Source of the DNA: Parasitella parasitica NRRL 2501
Lineage: Eukaryota; Fungi; Mucoromycota
DNA length: 64,000 nt
Direction of reading: 5' to 3'
Assembly: GCA_025201805.1 (NCBI GenBank)
Contig: MU619393.1
Coordinates: 1-64,000, forward strand
Shown here: positions 53,701 to 64,000 of the stretch, one piece after another
How positions within the stretch are numbered: position 1 is the stretch's first letter
How the letters are laid out: every line of letters starts with the position of its first letter
Position numbers and translations under genes: made by a program
Notes under the pieces: generated by a model
The model's input: only the letters and a program-made list of their open reading frames with translations
Told to the model about the DNA's origin: nothing
The model's database searches: none

Positions 53701-54531
53701 CTTGACGAAATTTGCACCAGACTTGCCGGTTGGCCAAAGATTGTCCTTTGAGATCAATGTCCACAAAAATGTATTGGCATTAGGATTAGATACTCGAGGA
53801 GATAAGGTGCTGGTTGGTGATTTAATGCAGTCTATGTCAGTTTTGAAAATGACAAGCCAAGATCCTTTGAAGCTAGATGTATTGGCAGTGGACAGCAAAC
53901 CAGTTTGGATGACAGCTGTCAAGTTTGTCAACGATTACACTTATATTGGAGCTGATGATAGAAACAACATATTCACACTGGCGTTGGATCAAAATGAAAA
54001 TAACGAAGGAAACATATCAAAATTACAGCTGAAAGGGGGATTTCATGTTGGATCACTGATTAACTGCTTCCGACCAGGTACAATAAAGTCTATACACACG
54101 CAAATGTTAGACGACTCAATATATTATTAGATACTTTGGTAGATGTATTGTCGACTGGAATCAAGGATAAGGATGCACTGACAAAATGCACTGCAAAGTC
54201 ATTCACATTTGCCACCGTACATGGATCCATTGGAACAGTGAAGACAATATCACAAAAGTCATTTGAAATGTTCAACGTGCTGCAGCAATATATTTTACTC
54301 GAAAATACAAATGTGGGCAATCTCAAATATTCGTCATGGCGAAACTACAAGCCCAAATTACAACAAATGTACCATCAGCAGGAGATCACAACCTATTTAG
54401 ATGGTGATTTACTGAAGAAGTTTCAGTGTTTGACATATACAGCCAAGTACAAGATATTACAGCAGCATGAACTACTAAGAAGATACAGTATCATTGAAAT
54501 GGAAGGACTTATTAATAGCCTAATTTCTTAA
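50740..54531 (+). CDS. DDB1: DNA damage-binding protein 1-like (triple beta-propeller CUL4 adaptor), multi-exon
   Basis: Starts MNSKNTYHVVTTINEPTAITC..F; FSNLGPIVDFC..QGKQTMVCCSG.DKDGSLRVVENGIG; GDKVLVGDLMQS; WMTAV; GFHVGSLINCFR.G; YLDGDLLKKF. Confidence 0.88.
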
Positions 54532-54787
54532 TAAATATTTATTTGTTTGTGCTAATGCAATTCTATCGAGTGTTTCATATGTTACATATAGGGAGAAACT
54601 AAAAGAAAGAGGGGAGGCTTCGTTCACTGTCTCTGCCTGTCTGCCTCCCAAGAGTCACATTATTGGCTGTTATTTCAGAGTGTCTAATATGCGAAGGTTG
54701 GGTTCTCCACATAGTACACTCTCATTTAGTATGAATTTCTTTCTTCTTTCTTTCTCTTTCTTTTTACTTTTTTTTCCAACCCTTAAA

Positions 54788-57308
54788 ATGAACGTATTGC
54801 ATTCTCATTTATCAACATTATTTTCATTATGGACATCAGTAGACCTGGATACATGCTCAATGAACAGTAAATTACATGTAACACGAATACATAACAACAA
54901 TATTCTTTTGGTTATTAATGCATTTGTACCCTAGAATGTGATTCATGAACTAGAAAAGCTGATCATGGCTGAGAAGCGGGAAAAGATGATACTTGCAGCC
55001 AACATTGAAGATGCAATGGTAATGAACCTTGCTTGAAAAGATAGGCTTGTGTGCGCTAACAAAGACAACAGACAAGCGTCGATTTAGCTTCTCAGTTACT
55101 GGGTGTTTCATTAGAAAATATGCTGTACTCAAGCATCAGTAATGAAAAAATTAGCATCTCACCAGAGACACTGTCAATGTACAATAGCCTGAATCCCACT
55201 TTTCCTAAACAAAAGGCATTAATTGAGTTAGACTCTAGACTAACACATGTAACGTTGGAATGTTTACAGTTATTATTTTTGCTTAAAAAGTATTATTATT
55301 ATCTTAGGAAATATCAACAAGGCAGCACTATGTTGATGAATGGCTAATATCCATACAGAAACTATGCAAAATACTAGACATTCCATATAGATTTAAATCA
55401 ATAGAGGTATAAAAAAACTATTCATTGTAATTTCAATTAGTAATGTTTGATATAGGAGTATCATGAAAATGATTTGTCTTGGGCCACCGTTCAATCAGTA
55501 AGCACATATTTATATTATCCCTTAAAATCAGCAAAGTTGGAAAGCTAACCCCCCTTTGCACATACAATAGATAAGTTGCGAGTTACGTGATTTAAAAGAA
55601 ATTGAGGTATTTTTTTTTTTCTATATGCAATTGTAAAAATATAGACTAAGCAGCATATTACTATGAATAGGCATGCCGTATTCAGCAGTTCAATTCAACT
55701 ATGAAATCAATTCATTATTACTGGCATGTACTCCACTACCAACCAAATATAAACCACCAAGATAATACCATCGAGACAAACCTATTCGCCCTATACCAAA
55801 ACTTTCCCTTAGACGTTGATCTCAGCATGGTGAGAGACCAATATGAGCTATCCACATTTGATTACTATCGTCATCCCTCAAATCAGCTGCAATTGACAAC
55901 CTGGACACTGGATTTACTGTATAAAAAGCAGCGTGTGCTTCAATCCTTGTATGACGCTAGAATTCATGTATATAATCACTCGACTACAAGGATTAAAGCA
56001 GTGTGGGAAGAGTTTAATATACCCATCTTGGAGAGGCCCACCTTGCCACTTGGATTAAGCAACCAGAATATGATTCAACTGCAAGAAATTATGGATAGCA
56101 TCGATCCTCTGGTGAAGAGCGTATTTGACAAGTACATTCAACAGGTAAAAACGACAAAGTTCTCCTTGAAGGTGATGTATGCTAAACCAACATGTTACAG
56201 TTTAAGGTTCAATTGATACCCTTATGGGATGCTTGCCTCCTATCACAGGTAGAAAGAGCAGAATTCATTGCATCCCTTTACGAAAAAAGTGAGTCCCTTT
56301 CCTGTAAAGTTGGTTCCCTATTTAGCTTACATGTTGTTGTTGTTGTGATTATAGATACAAAACTGGAAATTAAATCACAAGTCGATCATCATATGACATA
56401 TCTCACAAGTATCCACATTGAGGGCCAAGCGCTGAAAGCACTAATGAAGGAAAGAAAAGACTTGATTCAGGTACAAATCATCCAAAGGACTGATTTTCAA
56501 CAAAGATCTAACGCTTCTAACTCATGCAGAAAATGATTGACTTTGAGAAAACGGCCTCTGACCCCAAACGACTGTTTCAAGCTTCTTTCCAGCTGTTAGA
56601 AGAGGAAAAATGGCGCAATAATTGTTTACCACGTTTATTATATTTAGACCGTCAATTGATCAAAGCGATCAATGAGTTTGAAAAACTCGCTGGCAAGCCC
56701 GTTATGATAGGAGAACGACGATATCTCGATACTTTGGTAAGCATTGTAATGCGACGAACATTCAATCTCTAACAATACCCTCTTCCCCCCAACTTTTTTT
56801 TTCAACAACACAGTTGGATGAAATTGCCGACCGAGAGGCAAATCAAACGTTTTTCGGCTTCCTCAACTCTGACCCTGTCCAGGCACAAAAACGTGCAAAA
56901 AGCCGACCTGCATCAGTAGGTAGTTTAGGGTCGATCATGCAAGCCAAAAAGCCACATCAACTTAAAACACGCGCTATCTCTGCTATCATGACCTCAGTCG
57001 TCAGCAATACACAGAGCGTACCAAAGAAGATTAAGCCATCTCAATCCATGCCGTTAAAAAAGAAACCTGTTGTGAAATCCCCTATTCCCCAAGAAAAGAA
57101 GGGTCAGCAACAGCAGCAACAGCAGCAACAGGAAAAACAACAGCAGCAGGAGCAAGAGCAACCTCAAAACCAAGGCGAAATCTACTCTTCTACTGCATAC
57201 ATCAATTCAAACATCACACTTACAAAAGCATTCAGACAAAAAGGCCAAATGGCCTCTCTCATACCCATACCCGCTTCTCGAGCATTGACGACTACAAAAT
57301 CTGTTTAA
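54788..57308 (+). CDS. ASE1: Microtubule cross-linker of the Ase1/PRC1/MAP65 family, multi-exon
   Basis: FEKTASDPKRLF..LLEEEKWR..LPRL..LIKAINEFEK..GKPVMI..RRYLD; helical N-terminal exons; basic, Q-rich disordered tail. The start at 54788 is inferred. Confidence 0.8.
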
Positions 57309-57534
57309 AAAGACATGAATAAAATTGTAAAATATTCAATTATGCACTTGTAGATCAGCTCAATCTAGTCGCATTTGTTGGTGCTCGAGAAAACGGCTTC
57401 ATTTCATGCAAAAAATAAAGGTTCGGCCTGTAAAGATCAGGCTATGCATTATTGTTGCTTTACATAAACATCAATAATAACCTAATTAAATTATGAAACG
57501 TTTAGCGCAGACCACTGCAAATATATACTTTATC

Positions 57535-60500
57535 TTAGAGCATGTCATATTCATAAGACTTTCTACTGTCTACGTTTTTAGCATCTAAAGGGTCAATAAC
57601 GCTTTCATTTGCGCGTCCACTAACAGGCTTTTTCATTATAAAGCTGCTTCTTTTTCTAGGAGACAGTGGTTTCTGTTCAGACTTGAATAAATCCTGGCCG
57701 CCACCACCATCACTGCTATTCAGAGAAGAGGCAGAAGAAGGCTGCTTATCGGCAAGGCTGGCTTCGTTTTCCAACATCCACTGAAACTTGGCATTTGCAT
57801 AGGCTTTAGGACTGGATAACTGGAGATCCGGGTCTGATAAAAGGTCTTCAATTCTACTCTTGACCTGTTGCTTGGGTGGTGTGGGATTGATAGGAACGTA
57901 GGAAATTGGGATCTGAGGGAGCTTCTGCTCTTGGAAACCACCGGCAGCGGGTGGTAGAGGCTTGCTTTCTTTCTCAATAGTGAGCGAATCTATCTCGGCT
58001 GATATCAAAGAGGATGATGTTTGAGGAGGAATAAATATTGTTGCTGATGTTCTTTTAGCTGACACTGTAGAAGGAGGTGGGGATGAAGGCGTGGAGGGTA
58101 TAGATGCAGCCTCTTTATGATCCACCAAGTCCCATTTCCACTCTTCGCCATTGGAAGTGCTATCAGGTGTGCAGCCATCAATCGCACTCGCATCAAAATG
58201 AGCCTGCTTGCCTAGAAGGACGTCGCGCACATGTTTGAGCCCTGCAAGTGCCATAATGATGGTAGCTTCATTTTGAGTAGGCCTTGTGACTAAAGTTTCG
58301 CTAAAGTTTTCTTTCTCTTCAGCAATGGACGAGTTATTACTATCATAGTTAGCCAGCTTTCCTTCTTCTTCTTTTCCTACCGCCTCATCTTTAGGCACAT
58401 TTTGTAAATCCTCGGGTGACCTTCGAATAGCCTCTTCTTTCTTTTCAGGAACACTTGTGTCAAGGAAAATCTCGTTTTCTAATAGAGAGATACATTTGGC
58501 CATCATATCCCCCATGCTGCGATTTACCGTTGCAAATCTTGCGAGATCTTCGTTGTTTTTAGGAAGAGGAATGGGAGGTGCACGTTGCTCGTATTTATGA
58601 GTATTGGTAATACGGCCAATACCAGAGGGAAACTCTGATGACACAGTGGATCTTCTTAGGCCCTCCTGCTGTTTTCCTAGAACGTTCTCACCAAAAGTAT
58701 TTACATTTTTCTATATACAAACATCATTAGAGAAAAAGATAATTTATTCGATATGCTACATACCATCACACCAGCAATAGCTCTGTTTAGATCTCTCACT
58801 TGAGAATTTTTCATCATGTTTGTCGTAATTCTTGAAAAACTCTCAAACCCTTGCGAGCTTCTATGGTTAAGGGTTCGCTGTTGAACAGGTTGCCGCTGTT
58901 GCTGTTCCGAATAAGCTGTGGCACCAGACAATCCCTCAGGTACGCCATCCGACATGCTGTTTCGAGGATCCTTTCCAGATCTAATATCAATTTGCTGTAA
59001 AATATGCAAAGCAGTGTCTTCAGATAGGTCTTTTTGTAAATCCTTTGCTTGCTCAACTAAAGATGCAGGCTTGGAAACCTGAGGCGGTCTCATCAATAGT
59101 GTTAAGCATTCAGCATAATCTTTCCGCAACACTGAATAAGACTATTAGAAGCGACGCAAATAGAGCATTCTTTGTATACAAACGTTGATCCCTCATGCGT
59201 AATAGAATGACCAAACACACATATTCCACAATTTTAAGCGTTGGATCTTGGGCAAAAATAGCATCCCAGAGTTTCATTAGTTCATATATGTCAAATTCTC
59301 GTCCAAAGAGTAATCGGATCCAACGGCTTGGCCAAAGGTTAGCTACTAGACAGGTGTACAAACATGAGTATTATTTATGCTTACATTCCGTATAACTGAG
59401 GTTCAATGCCAAAACTCTCCAAATGACGATACAATAATGGATCAACAGTGCGAAGATATTGATGGTGAATACGATGGCAAGTCATTACAACAGGATTTAA
59501 TTGAGCACTCTAATAGTCAAGAGATGTATTTAGAACCAAGTACCAAATAGTGTTGCTACCAGATAAAAACTTACATCAGTAAGCTTGGGTATATGGTTTG
59601 ACAAGATGTCAGGCTAACGATTCAACAAAAGGGTAAATATACATCATAGCTTTGATCAAAATCATATATAAAAACCTTAGTGTTGTTTTTGGCTGCTTTG
59701 TGATTTGGTGAATCGTCGTTGAATTCGTACCATGCTTTCCCAAAAGTCATAAGATTATCAAACAAAATGTATGCGTCATGCTCTACAAACGCCGAGTCCA
59801 AAACCTGAAGCATCAACTTGGTGGCAGGGCTACATTTAAAAGTGAGAATCTACAAAGAAGTTTGCTGGGGAGCAACAAACTTACTCGATATGGCCTTGAT
59901 CTACTTGATCCGTATCCAAGCTTTCAGTTGCAAGAACCCAATATAATGGAGCCAACAATTCATGCATGCCTTGGCGATAAGAGACATCGCGGTTCAGCTT
60001 GCAATAAATAAACAAAATGTCGGTTAATCGCTGTTGTACATGGTTATCGCGAAAGAAATCGACGTCTGGAAAACTAATTGTGTTCTTTTGAAATTGAGTT
60101 GGATGCACTACCAGATATTTTCAGTTCCTTACGTTCTTTCCACATCTTGACGAATGACAGTACGGATTTCGGTATCCGCAAAATACTGTTGCCATGGATT
60201 CTAGAAAAAGAGGCATCAGTACGAAATATTGCTGCAATGACAGAGATTTATGTTACGCTATCGCTAAGTGCCAAAGGATTGTTATCTGAAAGGTCTTCCT
60301 CGCCCTTTTTGTTCATTTTTTCAGCAGGCTCATCAATGTACTTTCGTCTTAAATCCGTATAATGTTGGCGTTGTTCCAATTGCAATGACGGCCAGGTCGA
60401 GACTTCCAAGGTGGGAAGATACCCGAGAAATATCTGTTTTTACTCTGTTGAGTGCATATTTACGTCTCGTAACAAGTTACTAACCTTCCAGCAAACCGAG

Positions 60501-60679
60501 CGCAATCCATTTTGACATACACTACCTGCGACTGCTCGGTGTCGAAGCGAGTTGAGAGATAAATTTGGATCATCAAAAATAATATCCCAGGCTTTCCTGT
60601 TTGTATGCTTGTCTTAAGTTACTGTTTCCTGCGTGGAATTTTTTCGTTCTTACCTCTTTGTTTCAAGTATTTGTGTCAT
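57535..60679 (-). CDS. TBC1D5: TBC-domain Rab GTPase-activating protein (TBC1D5-like), multi-exon
   Basis: GLRSVCWK.FLGYLP, DNPL, IRQDVERTFPD..FFR (Arg finger), YRQGMHELLAP (Gln finger), VEHDAY.LF..LM, RWIRLLFGREF..LWDAIFA. ATG 60679. Confidence 0.85.
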
Positions 60680-60903
60680 GATTCAAATAATGGATGAATA
60701 AGAGACTGAGTGATAAATACGAGAAGAAAAGAAAAAATAATTATGCGGTGTCCTCTTCTGATGGTTTGTTCAACAACACTTATTTGATCCCCGGTTTTTA
60801 TGTATTAGCCTTTATTTATTGTCACATTGAGAGTTTCTTCTTGTGTCAGAAGGTAGTTTCTCTCAAATCGAGAAGAAGAAGTAAGTATAATACGGCATCT
60901 AAG

Positions 60904-60946
<43 letters not shown>

Positions 60947-61087
60947 TCGGTCGATTAAGCTTGTTTTTTGCACTGTCAAGTGGTTTGTAATTTTGTCAAG
61001 ATAATGGCAACCATAAACAAGAGACAACAAGCTTATTAGCGCGTAAAAATACAACAGGAAAAGTCAACACGGTTTTATATCTATTAT

Positions 61088-63512
61088 TTACACATCAATC
61101 CCCCAATCACCCACGGTTCTCATTGCTTCTTCGTCACCATGTACAATTTTTGAACCATCTTCACCGCCAAGGACATCAGCAATGCATTGCCATGGATCAC
61201 GCGCACCTCCCCATTTTAACAGATTATCTCTAAATGCTTGCCCCTTTTCTCTGTCCAATGGATTGGACTTGAAGCTCGTTTCCCATACTCGTCTTGCTAA
61301 TGTTCTGTCAAATAAATATGAGTAGTAGTTGGATCCATAGCCAAACAAATGGCCAAACTGAACAGGCCACATAGTGCCAGGCACGCTGGGAAAGAGGCCA
61401 ACTTGATCTTGAAGTTTATGCCATTCGGCTACACTAGAGAACTGGTGATCGCCCACCTGCGATGAATGGTATCGCTGATCAACCAAAGCCATCAGAATTT
61501 GACTATTGATCTCAATGCCACTGAATCTTTTGCGCTGTTCCAAGAATGCTTGCACACCATCGGGTGATACACTCCCATTAGCAAATAAGGGCAGCACCTT
61601 GGGATGCCAGGCGAAATGTTCCATCAGAATAGAAGGCAGTTCGACGAAATCAGAGGCGCATCGAGTTCCTGCTACGTTGTGAAAATGAGAGCGGCCCAGC
61701 ATGGAGTGCATGGCGTGGCCCATTTCATGAAACAGTGTTTCTACCTCAAACATGGAGAGCAAGGCAGGCTTTGCACTGGCAGAGAAATCGCATGTCAAGA
61801 CAATCATTGGCAGCTGAAACAAGCCTTTGTGGCCTGCAACAGATTCAGCAGGCGGTTCAACAGGCGGCAGAAAGTTGGCAACATCTACACCACGGCCAGG
61901 GAATGCATATTTGACGTCGTTTGCAGTATCGTCATCGTCCACGCGGCGAGATGTGCGGATGGTATAGTGCGCTGCATTGGTTGTTTTCCCAGGGCGAGAG
62001 AATAAATCGCAGTAAATCGTGCCAATCTTGCCTTCTTGCTCACAAACGACGTCTAATTTACGAACGTGTTCATGCCACACTTCGCCAGATCTAAGAGAAG
62101 CATGCTCAAATTCAACACCGTACAAATGCTTAAAGAGCCTTGAAAGTCCTTGAATGACTGACCCGACGGAAAAATAAGGCATGTTGATGAGCGACGATCG
62201 AGAAGGGCTAGACATTTGCATATAAAAGTCGCGATCCCACGCATTGACGGTAGGAAGGTAGCTTAAACGCAGGTCGTCCTGCTTTGTAATTTGGAGTAAA
62301 TTGAGATCATTCTTAAACGTGGGCTCCTGATGGCCAAATAGAGTTCTAAGAAATGCATCCACATTATCTGCAGAAAATTAGATGCTATTTGCTTTATAAC
62401 ACAGAATTGATAAATCCTTACTTGGGTTTTTGGCCATCTTGTCCTCCAGCTGCAAATCAGCATAAGATTCTTTTCCAATCAAGGTGGCTAATGCTGAACG
62501 AGTCTTCACAAGTTGCTCTAATGTTGCGATGCTTCCTTTTGTCGCGGAATTCATCGATTCATATGCTTTTTTGCGTACATTTTCGTTTTGAGCATACTTC
62601 AAGATCATTTGACATTCGGGCGAGTCAGTTGGGACATAGGCATAACCGTCGTTACTGACTGCAGATCGGATCAGGCTGGGATTGACACCGCCCAACGCTG
62701 AATGTTTGATTTTCACTTGCTTGATGGCTCTTGGATTCATTTGGATAAACTCTCGGCCGAGGTGAATGATTTGGTCTGATAAATTAACAAATTCGGCTCT
62801 CTGTTGGTTGCGTAAATGGATGCCAGATTTATGAAAATCTCTTAAAAATACTGTAGCGGCGGCATATTCATCAGCAGTGAACTTGGAAACAATCGACTTG
62901 TCAGCGAATACCAGTGATAGGACCTAATAATACATCATCAATAAAACCAAGTCAACTTGCTTCTGTATCGCATACCTGAAAGATGCGAACATCTGTATTT
63001 AACGTATTCATGTAAGAACATAAATCCCCATAAGCCTTGTTGGCGGTTTCCATCATAACCTGGTCAGGATGAGCATTGCGAACAAATTCGGCCATATCAA
63101 TTACGACGCAAAGAGTATCTGATAATCTGTCCAAGTTTTTCACAACTTTGGCCATTTCTTCAGGCCCATTGTCGGGTGCGTTGCAGATACGTTCAACAAT
63201 GATTTGAGCTTGCTGAATGGCTTGTTGTGTAGCAAAGGCAATACCATGAACATTACTAAAATAAGGGCTTTCGAATAGCCCTACAGGCTCTGAAGATGCT
63301 GCATAGGACGAATTCTGTTTCCAAGCAGTATTATCGTCAAAGATGGAACGAAGATGATCATTTTTGTCTTTTCTATTCTCGACAGTGCTGGTTGCAGTGT
63401 TCGCTCGACGAAGGGTGGTAAAACGAGAGGATTGAGAAGCAATTAAACGAGATGCTTTAATAATTACATTTTTACGCAATTGAGGTAATGATTCAATAAC
63501 GGATATCGACAT
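61088..63512 (-). CDS. OCT1: Mitochondrial intermediate peptidase (octapeptidyl aminopeptidase, M3A), 3 exons
   Basis: Arg/Ser-rich presequence; LDRLSDTLCVVIDMAEFVRNAHPD; zinc motif LFHEMGHAMHS; GTRCASDFVELPS.LME; FGHLFGYGSNYYSYL. Confidence 0.95.
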
Positions 63513-63745
63513 GACAGTGTAATCGATATATGTGGTTTCAAACAAGAGAGAGAGAGGGACTACATAATAGCCGCCGGGGAGTGATGCAATGTCTCTCCGC
63601 ATTAGATCCCAAAATCTCAATGATGCAGTAAAAGGCCTCCTCATAGGTTAGAAGTCTAATTAACGAATTTACCCGCGAACTAGGTTAACAAAGACATTCT
63701 TATTTCTTTCTTTTCTTTTATTCATCTTTTAATAAACGAGAAAAT

Positions 63746-64000
63746 ATGGCAGGACCATCCAAAGGTTTGCTAAATACAACGTAAATATCTCCAAATCAAT
63801 TAACTTTTTCTTTTTTGTATAGGGATACGCTTAAGTTTTCTAGCCCAAGCTGACCAGAACAAATACGAAATGCTGTTTTCCCAAGTCGCTGGTGGAAGTA
63901 ACATTTTATCTGGTAGATATGTGGCCTAGATATGGAAAAGAAAAGCGATTAAGATTTATTTGAATTTAGCTACTGCTGCTAAAGAAGTTCTTTCTCGGTC
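63746..64000 (+). CDS. PAN1: 5' end of an EH-domain endocytic scaffold, Pan1-like (runs off the window)
   Basis: Spliced translation MAGPSKG|IRLSFLAQADQNKYEMLFSQVAGGSNILS|ATAAKEVLSRS matches the Pan1 EH1 pattern IRLSF...DQ.K(F/Y)E.LF. Confidence 0.7.

Noticed and set aside
63512-63644. Longer OCT1 N-terminus from the ATG at 63644
   Set aside because: The extension is not presequence-like and lies in the short divergent promoter shared with PAN1. The ATG at 63512 gives a plausible targeting peptide.

Overview
This is gene-dense, AT-rich eukaryotic DNA with many short (~50-70 nt) spliceosomal introns. Intron size, composition and protein similarity point to an early-diverging fungus, most likely Mucorales (inference). 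Recognisable housekeeping genes are VAC8, SEC62, TFB4, a phosducin-like protein, a SMG1-type PIKK kinase, UGP1, FYV7-like, GPR89, DCN1-like, an MFSD1-like transporter, RNR1, DDB1, ASE1/MAP65, a TBC1D5-like RabGAP, OCT1 and the 5' end of PAN1. Two uncharacterised genes stand out. One is a 6-exon ~2286-aa gene (30316-37539, -) with repeated macroglobulin(MG)-like beta modules, a central bait-like disordered linker, and no visible signal peptide or thioester motif. The other is a Q/P-rich disordered protein with GW/WG and SKYA motifs. Two gene-poor islands (17.1-21.4 kb and 42.9-50.7 kb) hold relics: an internally deleted Helitron, a PD-(D/E)xK nuclease-like pseudogene, a decayed ~13-bp tandem array, a near-perfect 27-bp palindrome, and two inverted copies of one dead coding sequence that differ by an exact GT..AG intron. 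At least three GC-AG introns and two MCB boxes upstream of RNR1 are visible. I found no CRISPR array, tRNA or rRNA. Gene spans were spliced by eye and include introns.
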